Assembly: GCA_040437565.1 (NCBI GenBank)
Contig: JBDOQK010000031.1
Coordinates: 248,001 to 312,000 of the forward strand
Length of the DNA: 64,000 nucleotides
Origin: Albugo candida
Taxonomy: Eukaryota
Direction of reading: 5' to 3'
Translations under genes and position numbers: made by a program
In this document: piece after piece, positions 25,396 through 38,925 of the stretch
How the letters are laid out: each line of letters begins with the position of its first letter
How positions within the stretch are numbered: position 1 is the stretch's first letter
Notes under the pieces: generated by a model
Seen by the model: only the letters and a program-made list of their open reading frames with translations
Databases searched by the model: none
What the model was told of the DNA's origin: nothing

Positions 25396-28300
25396 CTTGC
25401 CAGTTGGAGGACAGGAGGAGAAGGCTGCAATAAGGTCGATGCCCCTGGTGGTGTGATAGGGGGGGGGGAGTATTGAGCTCCAACGAGATTTGATCGGAGA
25501 TCTTCCGTTCAGGTTTCCTCGTCTCCAATTCTTGACTGGGAACTGGCTTCATTACCGTTTGTGCGGCTGTATGGTTTTGTTGCTTTTTTTGTTTCTGTTT
25601 GTTGTGAATCTGAGTTGCAGATTGAGTTTGGCTTTGTTTTTGATTATTATTTTTTGCTTGGGTGTTGCGGTGCTCCCGTGGCTGATCTAGCACCCAAATC
25701 CAAGCAATAAGGACCAAGTTGACCGAAACGTGGTCGTTCCGATGGAATGGGATCATTTTCCCCCTTACTGGGTAAAGTTGTTTGTCGTAAGCGATTTGTT
25801 CAATCACTTTACCAACTCTAACCAGCTGTTGGGGGCACGTCAAACACCCAAAATAGACTCTCTAAGTCGATATAACCACTTCTTTAGTGGGAACCGTCTT
25901 GCGAAAGGTGTCATACACCACGTGACATCCGAGTTGGTGAAGAGAGCGGAGTATGTTGTTCCGCTCCTCCTTCACGCCTACGCCGAAAACATCGAGGTAG
26001 TATTTTGTTTCAAGAGTATCAAACTCCAGAAAAAATACTTTTCCCCAAGGATAGTCACCGGCAGACACTCCAGCTGTTGGCAGGCATCCGCCGTGGTGAC
26101 CATCACCCTGATGTTTCCCCCAGGCATTTCGGATACCTGAGCAATTGACCGGCTCTCCAGTAAACTTTCAAAGACCGGATTGCCGTGGTCTCGCATCAGG
26201 GAGGATAATATTTTCCCATTTGGAGTACGGGTCAAGGACTGGCCCGTCTCCAACACCATTGGGAAGGTTGCTTTCCGGATTTGGAAAGGTCTTGCTGCTT
26301 CCAAATTCGCAGACAAAACAGACCAATCCGGGTGCTCCCCATCAGCATATAGCTGCAATATAGCCTCGATATCCGAGGCTTTCGGCTTTGGGAGTTTGAC
26401 GCGAAAGTTCGCCCGAGCTCTAGCTGGTCCTTACGCAAGGACTCCTGTGACTTGATAAGGTCAGCAAGAGTGAAACTTTTGGTGTCGTCCACTTGCAATT
26501 GCCTCTTGGTCACCCTGGGACGAGGCAACGACAGTACCGTATGTACCACCGGTACCACATCCGAAACCAGTAGTACTGGTATTGCCCTGTACCGTCACAC
26601 TGGGGGGGAGTACCTTCCACGTCATCACACAGGAGTGATCACTCATCAAAACAATCATGCAATCACCCAAAACAGGGTGAATCATGACGGTTGCCACGTC
26701 ACTACAAGTGGACGCTAGCACCCTGGGTTGTGTCGANNNNNNNNNNNNNNNNNNNNNNNNNNNNNNNNNNNNNNNNNNNNNNNNNNNNNNNNNNNNNNNN
26801 NNNNNNNNNNNNNNNNNNNNNNNNNNNNNNNNNNNNCGGTACCACATCCGAAACCAGTAGTACTGGTATTGCCCTGTACCGTCACACTGGGGGGGAGTAC
26901 CTTCCACGTCATCACACAGGAGTGATCACTCATCAAAACAATCATGCAATCACCCAAAACAGGGTGAATCATGACGGTTGCCACGTCACTACAAGTGGAC
27001 GCTAGCACCCTGGGTTGTGTCGATACGTCGACTTGAACCATTGTTTTCGAGAGGAAAGAGTTGAAAAAAGTAGTTTTTCGAGCTGTTTTGTACTAAATTG
27101 GCGGGTTACGTAGTGATCGGCAAATTGAGAAGTTCCATTCTAAGGTTAGGTCACGCGTATCTTTCATATCTTTCCGTAAAAACCGGTACCGAGAGGATCT
27201 TAAATAATATACTTTTGATTTTGCAGTTATCGGAGTCGAACAACCCCGAAGCCGTCGGCGGTTGAAGCAGTTAAAGACTTGTTCAGGAGTGAACGAGATA
27301 TCAGTGGGTTTACATCACTTGAATATTAGACTCGACATTTGACTACCTTCGAGTGGACGCAGAGATGGAAAACATTTCAGAGGTCGTATTTATCTACAAG
27401 ACACACAAGTACACACGTACGGACTTGTCTATTCATTGATGAAATGGAAGAGCCGTTTAGCCATATAAAGCCATGAAGCTCGTAGATACATCTAACCTGT
27501 TGATACGAAGCAGCTTTATCCTTCTCAGATACATGGAAGACCTGCTCAACTTGTTTGGAACGGCCCTAGTGTTTGTGAATCGATCAACCCATCTGTCACT
27601 GCCTTCTCAAATGAGTGTTCCCGACATGAGATGACCATCTGTTCGAATCAACTTACTATCCAAAACAATATCTTACGTGACGCAGTATTGTGGCTGACAT
27701 CCTTTGCAGTGTACTCGATGATGTAGAGGCAAATGATACATCTGAATAATTTGAGCACCTCGTCTTAGAGTCTACATTGGATCAGCTTGAAGCATTAGAA
27801 TGGGCATGGAGGATAGCGCAAGAAATGACGCGACAAGTAGGCCATTATGAGTACTCTGTAAAGCTGGAACTACAAGGCATCACTGTGCTCACAACGGAGA
27901 CTACAAAGCAGACTCTGACGCCCTTGCATCAGAATGTGCGCTCCATGATGAGATATGTCGTGGTCTGCATCGCCATGAAGAATGGTCATCGAGAGTGCGC
28001 GGTTATCAATTCATGCTGAAATGATCGCCTCGTAAAAGCTCGCTCAGTGAACAAAGTCTTCCGTCCAAACACTGTGATGGCGCAGTTTTTCTGTGTGTCG
28101 TGTTGAGGTAGATGTATGCTCCAGGCGTTGATCAGAACAGCACACTAAGGTTCAGGACATTGAGAACGAGTACATGATCGTCACCTTGCTCTAGTTGAAT
28201 ACAGCCAACATGCCCGGCATCGCGTTCGGACTCTTTGTACTTCCTCGACAGCCCGCGTACTACCGACTCAGACTTTACATGCATCGATTCAATTAGAAAG

Positions 28301-31300
28301 CAACAGTGGCGATAGCATCGAAGTCGGTAGCGTCCAGCACGACGGCTTGTGTAAAAAGATACGTGAACACGAATATTGGATCCTAGAAGAGGTATGTCCA
28401 TCGCGACCACGAGAAGCTGGTGTGCCGTTTCTAAAGCCTTTTAGTGTGCACATCGACTCTGTACCTCTCAGTTACTCAGGTTAGACGTCTTCTTTCGAGA
28501 AAACAGGTCGAGAAACGATACCACAAGGATCCGGACGACAGTGAGATCTGGCTTGCTTCTGTGACTCTATTAGATGAGCTCTACTCGGAACGTCCACCTT
28601 CACCCAGTTCGGCACGTTACAGTTAAGCACGATTCGTGGGGTTTTCAGCGAGCAAGCGAAGCACGTGACGCTGCAAGTTGTCTCATTAGAGCCCGTAAGT
28701 ATTTGCTTAGGAAGCAGAGCCGCGAATGTATTGCCTCAAAAAGGTTCATCTTCTCCCAATCATCGACTGAAGCCTAACGCATACTGGTATAAGTTCCAAC
28801 AGATCCACTGGTCTATTCACATGTCAGCTAGAAAGGAATGCGGTAATTCTTGCAACGATGCATCAAGGGCTCAATGTACTCCCTTATCATCTTCCTTGAC
28901 TTGTTGCGACTTTGCTAACACCATACTCGGTGCAATAAGAGCATCGCATTTGACGACTTCCATCACGTACTCGAACAGGGCACCGTTAGCCGCTTCCGCA
29001 GCGTAGCGCGACAGAACACGTAAATTTGATAGCTATAGATTTTCTACTCGTATCACTTCTCATCGAACAAGTGTAGATTCTTGCGTCCAGCCATCGAGTA
29101 GTAGCGAGCATCTCGAGTTGCTCTATTAAGGCTCACCTCGTACTCATTCTCGAAATGAGGACTTGTAGATTAGCAGCGAAAAAAACTACCCTGGCAGATT
29201 GAGAAGCTGTCAGATATCAAGGCTTGCTACTACACCTATACCAAGAATAATAGCTGCCTTATGGAGAGGTCTATTTTATACTTTACAGCTTTTCTGTTGA
29301 TCTCATTCTACCAGCGGTTTTCGTGCAAAAGAATGATCAAAAGATTGCACCTTCCGAAACATATGATTCTTGAGTCACTACGTAAGTATAAACTTCATGT
29401 GGCAATTCGGTCCAATTAACAAGTTTATACGAGACATCTGACTGATCAGCATCAGTTTGAAAGCGACAAGTATTCTCCAGCTTGCGCATTGTAATTAATT
29501 TTTACTAAAAGATTCAAGTCAATCACGATTCCTGCACAAAAGCGCCACAACTCTACGCGCTGTAAGTAGCGCTATAGAGAAGTGTACGCTGTTAAGCACT
29601 ACGTAGTACCCCTATGTTAGCGATGTACCATAGTGTCAGAAATAAGTTCCATATTCGCTTTCTATGCTTATTTGAATATAGGACATAGGGCCTGATGTTC
29701 ATGGGTGCCCGCTTGAATAGTACATTTTTGATTGTGAAGTAGAAAGAATCTTATTTGCACAAATGGTCGTGAGAGGCAATGTGAGCTGTCTGGATTGAGA
29801 GCGAATGAAGCAAGGGTGAGGATATAAGAATCGCGAAGCGAAATGCTCATGGATGTGATGAAATTAGCCAGAATCAGAACTGCATTCAATTGTGACGCTG
29901 TACGGGCGAAATGATACTTAATGCATAAGAAAAACTTGCTATAGAAGCTAGATTATCATCATTGCCATTTGTTGCCAACCTCACACAATGTCTAGTCTTA
30001 TTTATACTTCAACATGAAGGAAATATGCAACAAGCGATCATTGGTTAATGTAAGAACCNNNNNNNNNNNNNNNNNNNNNNNNNNNNNNNNNNNNNNNNNN
30101 NNNNNNNNNNNNNNNNNNNNNNNNNNNNNNNNNNNNNNNNNNNNNNNNNNNNNNNNNNTAGCTCCAGAAACAAAAACAAATGCTTTCGATCCCATCCATT
30201 ATCCCGTCACACTCGACGCTCGTTTCGCTCAATCCTCCGCTATTTTATGAGATTGTTGACGAGAATGTGTACCAATCGAATAAGTTTGACTCGACATCAT
30301 TTCCATTTGTTGCGAATTTAGCTTTGAAAACAGTAATCTACTTATCTCCAGACGAGCTCTCATCTGAGCTTACCGATTTCTTCGAAGAGACAAATGTCGA
30401 AGTGGTAATTGCGTACTCAGTCAAACTTTTGATGCAAAAAGGTTGCTGATAAAGCTATATAGATTCATTTGGGGGCAAAATATCGATCTTTATCACCTTG
30501 GAAATCTATGACAGAAGGAATGGCCAAAGAAGCGATCCAGTTCGTGCTAGAGAAACAGCTACATCCCCTTATGCTGATGTGCAAGTACGTTGGATATTTT
30601 TAAAATAAGACGTTTTAATGCTTTTGCGCTTCGTGATCGCTTTAATAGAACTGGAATACACATGTCAGGGACAGTCATTGGGTGTTTGCGTCGTTTGCAA
30701 AACTGGAGCCTCACTGCGATTATTGATAATGTAGTTGACCTATCTACAATACTGAGCATGGGCTGAGTATCTCTGACTGTCGATAGTATCGAAATCTTGC
30801 AAGTAGTGTCAAGACTAGATTCGAGAATGAGCAGTTTATAGAGCTGTTTGATGTTGATTTGGTTACGCTGCCAGAGAAAATGCCGGATTGGTTTGTTGAG
30901 AGCCAGAGAATCATGGTACATAAAGTGCTTTGCAGAAAATCAAGGTCTTTTCAATATTGAGCGTAGGAAGAAGAGAGGTTGGCGATTTTGAAGGGAGAAC
31001 GCTACCCAGGTCTGGTCTGTGGAGAAACTTGTTCAGAAAACATACCGGCGTACAAACGCCATTACTTTCAGAACCTGGGGCCTCTTATATCTCCCTCAGT
31101 TGTATTTTCGGAGAAATTGAGCATAATCGGAGATGACGATGATGACTGATATGAGAGCACCCTCAATCATGGCATCTGCGTCAAGAGTTATACATTCGAA
31201 TGATGTTGCAAGTCGCTTGTTCGAAATGATTTGGACTCCTCATCTTTGTTTTTTGTGTGTGTCTTTTTCAACTAATTTCTTGCTTTCTCCAAGCACGCGA

Positions 31301-32017
31301 GATGAATATTGATAGTCGACCCCTCCGCGGTGGTTTCTACTCAGCTTTTCTCAGCATATTATGCTATATTTATTGTATTTTCTGTGTGGTGAGAGAAATA
31401 CGTTTTTATTCTATTCACATTTACAGACGGTATCTTCATCGCTGCCTGCATCACTCTAGAACCCTTTTTGCAAACTCTAGCCATGAAGATGGGGCCAAAC
31501 TACGCACGATTTTTAGGCCGCGCGAGGGAATGATGGCGGAGGCATTTCTAACAGCTGTCGAGCGCACAATGCGTCGATTGTACATTCCGAAGGTACCATC
31601 ATAGCTCTAGACATCCGATTGTCGTGATTTGCGAGAGATCGATGTGATCCGGGCGTCAGGGTCTTTCATGTGCTCTACCTCACTTGTGATTAGACCATTT
31701 AATTGGCTTCAAACGAGGTCCTTTGCAAGGGTCGATATTTCCAGATGCCTAACCATTTCGGAATTGTTCTTCTCACAGACAAAAGTACCTCTACGCCGTC
31801 GTCATGTCCTACTGCTCCTAAGCGAACTCATTAGGATGACTTCTACAACTTAATGAGAAAGTCGATTGCGATAGACTTGATACGTGCATACTAATCCTTA
31901 TGGAAGCTACAACCAGCAAACTAGTCCATGTGCATGCAGAACATACTAATGGCATCCGCGTACGCATCCTGATGGGCACAATGTGACTGATTGTCGTTGT
32001 ATCACACATCAGCGCTG

Positions 32018-34212
32018 TTATAATTCTTCTAACCATTGCTGTGCTTTTCTCCACAAAAAGTCTTTTTCTCGAGCAATTTGGCGATCATCAATTACCTGTT
32101 TAATCACACGGCACCATGCTTGAAATACGAGCGCTTTCTTGCGTCGGTCAGTTCTCTGTCTCATTGTGTTTACCAAAACACAATGTGCCATTTGAGCTTG
32201 TGCATTGCGATATCTCCAAGTTTTCAATCCTTGTTCCATGATACTCCTGATAGTCTGGCTGTAGAGTGTTGTTTCGGCATGATAAAACCATGCGTGAAGC
32301 AGCTTCCAGTGAGTTAGCGATCGGCGACACATCGCTCCATTGTGATGTGATGATGCAATTGCTTGCTTTTGGTCCTCGATATGCTCTCGATATGCTCGAC
32401 AGCACTTGCAGAAAAAAAGCCACGCTTGGAAGAGTCTGAATTGAATAGATAGCAAGTACCATCGATAGGCTTTGTGCTCCAATGCTTTTCGACGCTTTTG
32501 ATACCGCCACAACGGATGAAAGCCATAGTGGTAGAGTAGTCTACAGCGATTAAATTCAAGTACTCGATGGAGTATTATTCGATATCGATCCCGACGTTGT
32601 TGTTTCTCAAGCTCTTTTGTTTGTTTTAGACTATGGAATAGAATAAGTCGATGCACAATAAGCAAAAGCAGTATTCTCACCGATTCTCCTCACGAGTCCG
32701 TTCCTTCTCTTCTTGTCGACGCGATTCTACCATGTTCTCTAGCTGTACTTGTTTGGCTATTAGAGCTTCTTGCTTCCGTTTGCTTGTCTCGGCGTATTTT
32801 GCTTTCAAAAGTTCCCTTCGTGACTTTCTCTCAGCCGCTCTCTTTTGCATTGTGACGACCACAGAATCCTGTACTCGATGACTTGATTGTTCTCTCTGTG
32901 TGCGTCTCATCGAATGCGTGCTAGAACCCGAGCGGGATGCAACTGGAGGAGGAGGTGATTGCAATAGTGCATCATGCTGCTGTCTAGAAAGTTCATCCAT
33001 ACCAGGTGGCGGTAAATGTGGTAGTGCTGATGACACGTTCGCGCCACTAGGTGGCCCTGTTGAGTGTGGATGTTCATCCCTTCCTTTGACCAAACGCTCT
33101 ATTAATTTTGTCCTCATCTGTCTGCGCTTTTCCGACACTTGCTGTACTTGATCCAGGTGTTTGCGTGCTCGTGTATTGGCTTTCCAGCCATAAAAGTATT
33201 TTGGAAGAAACTTCTGATGATAAAATGCATCAGCAATCGTCAAGTGCTGAATTGTTCTGACGTGCAATTCCGCAGCACGAGATGCCTGACAAGCCATTGT
33301 GTATCTCTTCCATCGAACGAAAGCACTCGTGACGACTTTATAATCGCACTTTACCTGTGCTTTTTTTTCAATTTTTTTCCTGTAAACGCGGTAGGATTGC
33401 CAACTTTGCATGAGTTGTTTCATCAAATGCCTCTGCTGAAGTTTGCGCTCAAACTCCTCCAGTTTGCTCTCTTCTCGTTGATTATCTGCTTCAACCTGTT
33501 GGATTCGCAATTGGATCCTCTTCACGTCGAGTAATGGAATGTCTTTCGTCTTGTCGGATGCAATCGCTGTGTTAATAAGTCGATTGCTTTTCCTTCCACT
33601 GGCTTTTGTTTTCTTCCTCAATCGAGGGACACTTCTCTCTCTGCAGCGATCTATTGTTTCGGTACTTGAACGAAATGATTTTTTGCGGGCACTGACCTCC
33701 GCATTTTTTCGTGGACATGACCTCTGTAAAAGGCACTTAGATCTGTCCTTAGCTGATCGGATTGCATCAGCCTCCGCTTCGACTCGTACACGTGATTGTG
33801 CAATTTCATGTGCCGAACAAATCAATTGTTCATCTTCTAATCGTTTCAGGAGAGACGGTTTAGATAACCAGATCCCGTCGCGCTCGGTCGTACTTGCAAT
33901 ATCTGTGATCGGCCTTGCGTCATTTTCAACCATTCTGTACGAAGAAAGAAATGTATTTTTGCGCCCAATCAAGGCTTCGGCGCATGCACGACCATGATTG
34001 TCTAGTATCCCATCATCCTCATTTTGTCTTGATAAGAGCTGCGTGACCAAATCGCTGTCATGTTCATTTTCTTGGTTGTCAGCACCAGAATGTTTGTGAC
34101 CTTCTACTTGAGACTGGCGGCCAAACCGTAGCTGCCAGGTCGACATTGATAGAGACTCTGATGACTTTGCTCGGTCAGCACTGACTTCATCGGAGCTTGG
34201 CAGTACATCCAT
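32018..34212 (-). CDS. Coiled-coil protein with Sfi1-like W-containing repeats (CCDC191-like, probably centrosomal/ciliary)
   Basis: Two ORFs joined in frame by a GT-AG intron at 32631-32680 (..EENR|LKQTKE..). Repeated A..F/Y...L...F..W units (ADAFYHQKFLPKYFYGWK, SAFVRWK, LFQAWL, VFQAWC). Confidence 0.7.
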
Positions 34213-34373
34213 AAAAGTACGAAATACTCCGCAGTCTATTTTTGATATAAGCCGCTCTAGGAAAGCGCACTAGNNNNNNNNNNNNNNNNNNNNNNNNNNN
34301 NNNNNNNNNNNNNNNNNNNNNNNNNNNNNNNNNNNNNNNNNNNNNNNNNNNNNNNNNNNNNNNNNNNNNNNNN

Positions 34374-35029
34374 GCCCCGGAGTTTTCGGATGACCACATT
34401 TCCGTTTGGCATGCTCCACACGCATTCGACGTCCTTGTATGTCTTTTCTAAACGCACGAGCTTTGAGACAAGCCTTCTACACAATTGTAGCATACAAACC
34501 CGTTCAGCTCTTGTACTGCATCAGCGGCGTCTCGAACATCTTCAAAAGTTACGAATGCGAATCCTCTGCGAAGACATTCCATCAGTTCGTCTTGCTCATG
34601 CAAACTTGCAGCCTTCCAGTACTCACCTTGAATCACGAGATATCGGGTCGATAATAATCTCGCATTTTTCCAGGCGACCAAACTTCTCAAATAACTGGCG
34701 TAATTCTTCATCAGTGACCTAATTTTGTCGTCTGAGTACATTGCGACTCAACAAAGTGTAAGAAAGAGTATATGTACCCGATGTGCCAAATTCGCTACAT
34801 AGAGATTGTTTCCCGGATTCGATATATCTCCATGGTCGCTAGCCATTTGGTTTGAAGAGGGAGAAGTCGATCTTCTTGCGCCTCCATTCACGCTTGACTT
34901 GTTTTCATCTTGATGGCTTTTTTCATGTCCATCTTGACTCGCATCGTTGGGCGAACGCGTGTACTTTGGACTCGCCTGTCGTTCTTCTTCTTTGATAGAT
35001 GAGTGCGGAGAGCTTTCACGATCAGACAT
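34374..35029 (-). CDS. RRM RNA-binding protein (Tra2/SR45a-like); multi-exon, 3' end lost in gap
   Basis: MSDRESSP.. start at 35029, RNP2 NPGNNLYVANL and RNP1 RGFAFVTFEDVRDAADAVQELNG. Confidence 0.85.
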
Positions 35030-35108
35030 ATTACTTGTGAGCCACTCCGAAAACGAATGGATCGACAAATTTCAACCAATCAAATATTTTAGTAGGACTT
35101 TACAGCCA

Positions 35109-36587
35109 ATGATGGCACGGACCAAGGATGAAGCACGCCGATCCAATGCGTCCAAACTCGTATCGATTCTAACCGGAAAAGAAAGGAAAGAGAAGAAAGA
35201 AAAGAAAAGTAAGAAAACAAAACGAACGAAGAAGGGAAAGAAAATACAAAGAAATTTGATTGAACCGATTCAGAAAGAAAAAGTTTTAGAAACGAAAAAT
35301 CGCAAAGAGGATGGATTTATTGCGTTTCAGTATACGAGCAATCCGCTTGCACAAAAATCAAAGTCTAAGGGAACAGATGAGACTGAACATTCGACGTTAG
35401 AGTGCATTGAGACTGACCATATGGCACCGTGGATGAACGAAAGCGAAGGCTACAACCACATGAATTTATACTTATGTTTACATGAAGAGATCCTCGACTT
35501 TGTGCACTTTATTAGCCCACACGAAGAGGAATTACAAGCAAGAGAGAATCTTATTGCACAAATGAAAGACCTCGTGTCGAAATTGTGGCCAAATGCTGCA
35601 GTCGAGACTTTTGGCTCTCATGAGACTCAAATGTTCTTACCTCATAGTGACATTGATCTTGTGATATTTGGTGCACCTACTGGAAAAGAATCTCTCTTTG
35701 TATTAGCCCAAGAAGTAGAAGCTCGGGATATGGTTAGTTACTTGGAAGTTATTGATAAAGCCCGAATTCCTATCGTGAAGTTTGTCGATAAAAACAGTGG
35801 AATTCAAGTGGACATCTCTTTCAACATCAGCAGCGGACTTGCGACTGCCGATCTCATCAAACAGTATATGCGCATCTTCCCGTCTTTTCGTCCATTGGCC
35901 CTTGTACTAAAGTATTTCCTCGCACAACGTGAATTGAATGAAACATTTCAGGGCGGCATTGGATCTTTTTTGTTGCAATTGATGGTTGTAAGTTTTCTGC
36001 AGCAATATCGACGTCAATTGGGCACTTTGTATGACGACTTCCGATACAACAATTTGGGCAAATTACTGGTGGAATTCTTCGTGCTATATGGACGTGATTT
36101 CAATTACGAACAAGTCGGGATTTCGGTACAAAAAGGCGGCTTTTATTTCAACAAAGAAAACCGGGATTGGCTCGATCACAATCGCCCATTTTTGTTATCG
36201 GTAGAGAATCCGAATGAACCCTCAATGGATGTTGGTAAGAACTCGTACGAGATTCGGACTGTACAACGATCGTTCGAATACGCAAGACAAATTCTTTCAA
36301 ATGAGATTCATCGAAGAGGGCAGCTAGACCGAGGACCCGTCAAAATGTTACATCTGATTATTTCAAGCTCGAAATTGATGAATCGGACCAGACCACCACG
36401 TATGGGTTACGAGATACTGTATCATAATACAGAAAAAACGGTTGCCCTCCAGAAAAAATATGAAGCACGCTGTAGATCGATGGAGGACAACTCGGTCGAT
36501 GCTCTTAGAAAAAGGGGGCGAGATCGTGCCTCCGCTCAAGTTTTACCGCATCTGCGTTGGCGAGGGCAGACTGCGAATTGTCTTTGA
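35109..36587 (+). CDS. TRF4: Non-canonical poly(A) RNA polymerase, Trf4/PAPD5/Cid14 family
   Basis: LHEEILDF, FGSHETQMFLPHSDIDLV nucleotidyltransferase motif, KARIPIVKF..VDISFN, LNETFQGGIGSF and LSVENP..DVGKNSY. Lys-rich N-terminus; first ATG at 35109. Confidence 0.93.
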   Translation: MMARTKDEARRSNASKLVSILTGKERKEKKEKKSKKTKRTKKGKKIQRNLIEPIQKEKVLETKNRKEDGFIAFQYTSNPLAQKSKSKGTDETEHSTLECIETDHMAPWMNESEGYNHMNLYLCLHEEILDFVHFISPHEEELQARENLIAQMKDLVSKLWPNAAVETFGSHETQMFLPHSDIDLVIFGAPTGKESLFVLAQEVEARDMVSYLEVIDKARIPIVKFVDKNSGIQVDISFNISSGLATADLIKQYMRIFPSFRPLALVLKYFLAQRELNETFQGGIGSFLLQLMVVSFLQQYRRQLGTLYDDFRYNNLGKLLVEFFVLYGRDFNYEQVGISVQKGGFYFNKENRDWLDHNRPFLLSVENPNEPSMDVGKNSYEIRTVQRSFEYARQILSNEIHRRGQLDRGPVKMLHLIISSSKLMNRTRPPRMGYEILYHNTEKTVALQKKYEARCRSMEDNSVDALRKRGRDRASAQVLPHLRWRGQTANCL

Positions 36588-38925
36588 ATTCGAATACAAT
36601 TTTATGAAGAACGTGTACCTTTTGCATCTCAATGATTGCTCGTCGTTATGAGTCTCCGTATCCTGGCTAAAGACGCACAACGTGACTTGACGAAGACCGC
36701 CGGAATTTGACTGATTCTCGATGCATGACTGGAAGTGTCACAAGCCAGTTTCGTCTTCAAACCCATGCCAATAAACCAATGACCACAATTTTTTGAAATC
36801 ACTTTGTCATTGGATTTCTTCGCATTTAAATCTCCTCGTTGCCCTGACTTTAATGCTCTCATCCTCATCGTCACCCAGCTTGCTGTATAGACACAGATCA
36901 CAGCCATCACGACAGCTTTCAATAGCGGCAATCGGACCCGTAGATTGTGCGACTTCTCGACGTACCATGAGAAGTCCTGCGAGAGTTCACGCAGACAAAT
37001 CGACCATGCATGCTCACGAGATATGCACTTTAGGCATTGGACATCACAGTCTGCTTTTAAAATTGATGAATTTTGCTTTGTGAGCTTTCAAATGAGCTTG
37101 CATGCCTCAACGCACGATACGCAGTAAGTCGACCATCTTCTCTCCAGCGTCAGATTCTAAAATGTGGAAATCTGAACGAGGTTTTACGCCCGATCGAGAG
37201 GAAACTGCACAATGTTTCGTGGTAATAGGAATTTGGCACTACTGATACTGTTAAGTAATACACTGCAAAGCATTTGATGGGTGGTCTTTCGAACAAGACG
37301 TCCAAGCTCGGAATTCTGCTTGGCTTGCAATCAAGCGAATGATATTGAATTGATTGCGCGAGATTCGCAGTCTATCCGGTTGANNNNNNNNNNNNNNNNN
37401 NNNNNNNNNNNNNNNNNNNNNNNNNNNNNNNNNNNNNNNNNNNNNNNNNNNNNNNNNNNNNNNNNNNNNNNNNNNNNNNNNNNATGCACTTTAGGCATTG
37501 GACATCACAGTCTGCTTTTAAAATTGATGAATTTTGCTTTGTGAGCTTTCAAATGAGCTTGCATGCCTCAACGCACGATACGCAGTAAGTCGACCATCTT
37601 CTCTCCAGCGTCAGATTCTAAAATGTGGAAATCTGAACGAGGTTTTACGCCCGATCGAGAGGAAACTGCACAATGTTTCGTGGTAATAGGAATTTGGCAC
37701 TACTGATACTGTTAAGTAATACACTGCAAAGCATTTGATGGGTGGTCTTTCGAACAAGACGTCCAAGCTGAATTCTGCTTGGCTTGCAATCAAGCGAATG
37801 ATATTGAATTGATTGCGCGAGATTCGCAGTCTATCCGGTTGAGTCTTCTCTTTTCTTGACCAAAAATTGAGTATATCCATTTTCACTGCTCTCACCTTCG
37901 CAATATTGAGCATATGTAATGTGAAAAGGATTGGGCGCTTCTCAACATTTTATAAAACAAGTGGACTTTTGATGGATTTCTATTATGCGAACACCTTCGA
38001 GCTCGCCGTCGCACCCGCCGTAGCAGTCGACCAGATGCACGCATGAACCTCGCTACGACGTACCTTCGTGAGGCTGGAATAAGAATTAGTGAGATACAAA
38101 ACGACCAAAAGAATGCGACTCGACTTCTATAATCGTATCGCATAAATAACGCTGCATTTGATCGAACGCATGCTGGTGAAAATTGCGAACGGTGTATGCA
38201 CTTTGCATCTTTTAAGGTATATGCCTTCAATGACGTGGCACCAGAATGAATTTTGGCGTCAACTTCCTTCAGTGCTTCAAGCAGATTACACTCTAGCACA
38301 CTTGAAGAATTCAGGGAGATGCTCTCAGGAACGGTGTCGTAAAGGCTGCGTTAGATCTCAGTGATGACTTCCTCGAGACACTCTCCTGCCACCCACCCAC
38401 ACAAGATGTGTCAAAGTCCTTGCCCGCTCTAAAGAGAGCCAGAAATATTCAAGTCTGAAAATTGGCAAGCGAATATGGATCCGTGTCCAAGCGGTAGATG
38501 ATCCTTTATTACATAGAGGGCGGAGTCACTTGTCCATTTTCTCCGACTACACGAGTGAATGCTTGATGGGGGTTATGTACCATTTCTAAGCGTTTTATCA
38601 ATATAAAATTCACTTGGAACAGCTCTTGTGGTCGTTCACTTGTGCGACCTCTTTCAGCGATCGTCAGAATGTCTACTAGCTTCCACGTGTTCACAAATCT
38701 ATTCTCTGCTAATCAAATCAAGAGAGCCAGACTGCATTTGGTGCTGCGTTATGACACGTACGCACCCACTTTGTCTTTAAACAGAAATGTCACAACTGAG
38801 TTGGCACGGGCTTTCGCTACTCTTGACACATATCAACCCTCTTGGGTACTTGGTCGATTGATTTGCATCGTGTTTCCAGTATGCATTTGTAAATTTGCAT
38901 CTCCATCCTCAGTGAGCAATTACTT

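Larger units (their letters stand above)
18690..27041 (-). mobile_element. Degenerate non-LTR retrotransposon (L1/Tx1-like LINE), interrupted by a Gypsy element at 21437-25395
   Basis: APE endonuclease motifs LTVNVNG, FVQETKF, SGGVMTIL, IHNVYAP and IVFGDFNTPLDP (19851-20330). C-terminal zf-RVT CMQPSCGAVESDQHLFLEC (ORF 19068-19514). Frameshifted ORF1-like fragments at 20784-21409 and 25391-27041. No RT domain is visible; it probably lies in the 19751-19850 gap. Ends are approximate. Confidence 0.8.

Noticed and set aside
27100-29990. Scattered short ORFs and GC-richer patches
   Set aside because: No coherent reading frame, motif, TIR or LTR that I can support; probably decayed DNA.
30400-31130. 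Minus-strand fragments faintly like the half-pepsin family (LPSKSPTSLL, MLSIVDRST)
   Set aside because: No DYGS or IGA motif is recoverable; the similarity could be chance.
36629-38299. Short minus-strand ORFs with hydrophobic segments
   Set aside because: Non-ATG starts, confounded by the gap duplication, and no consistent gene model.
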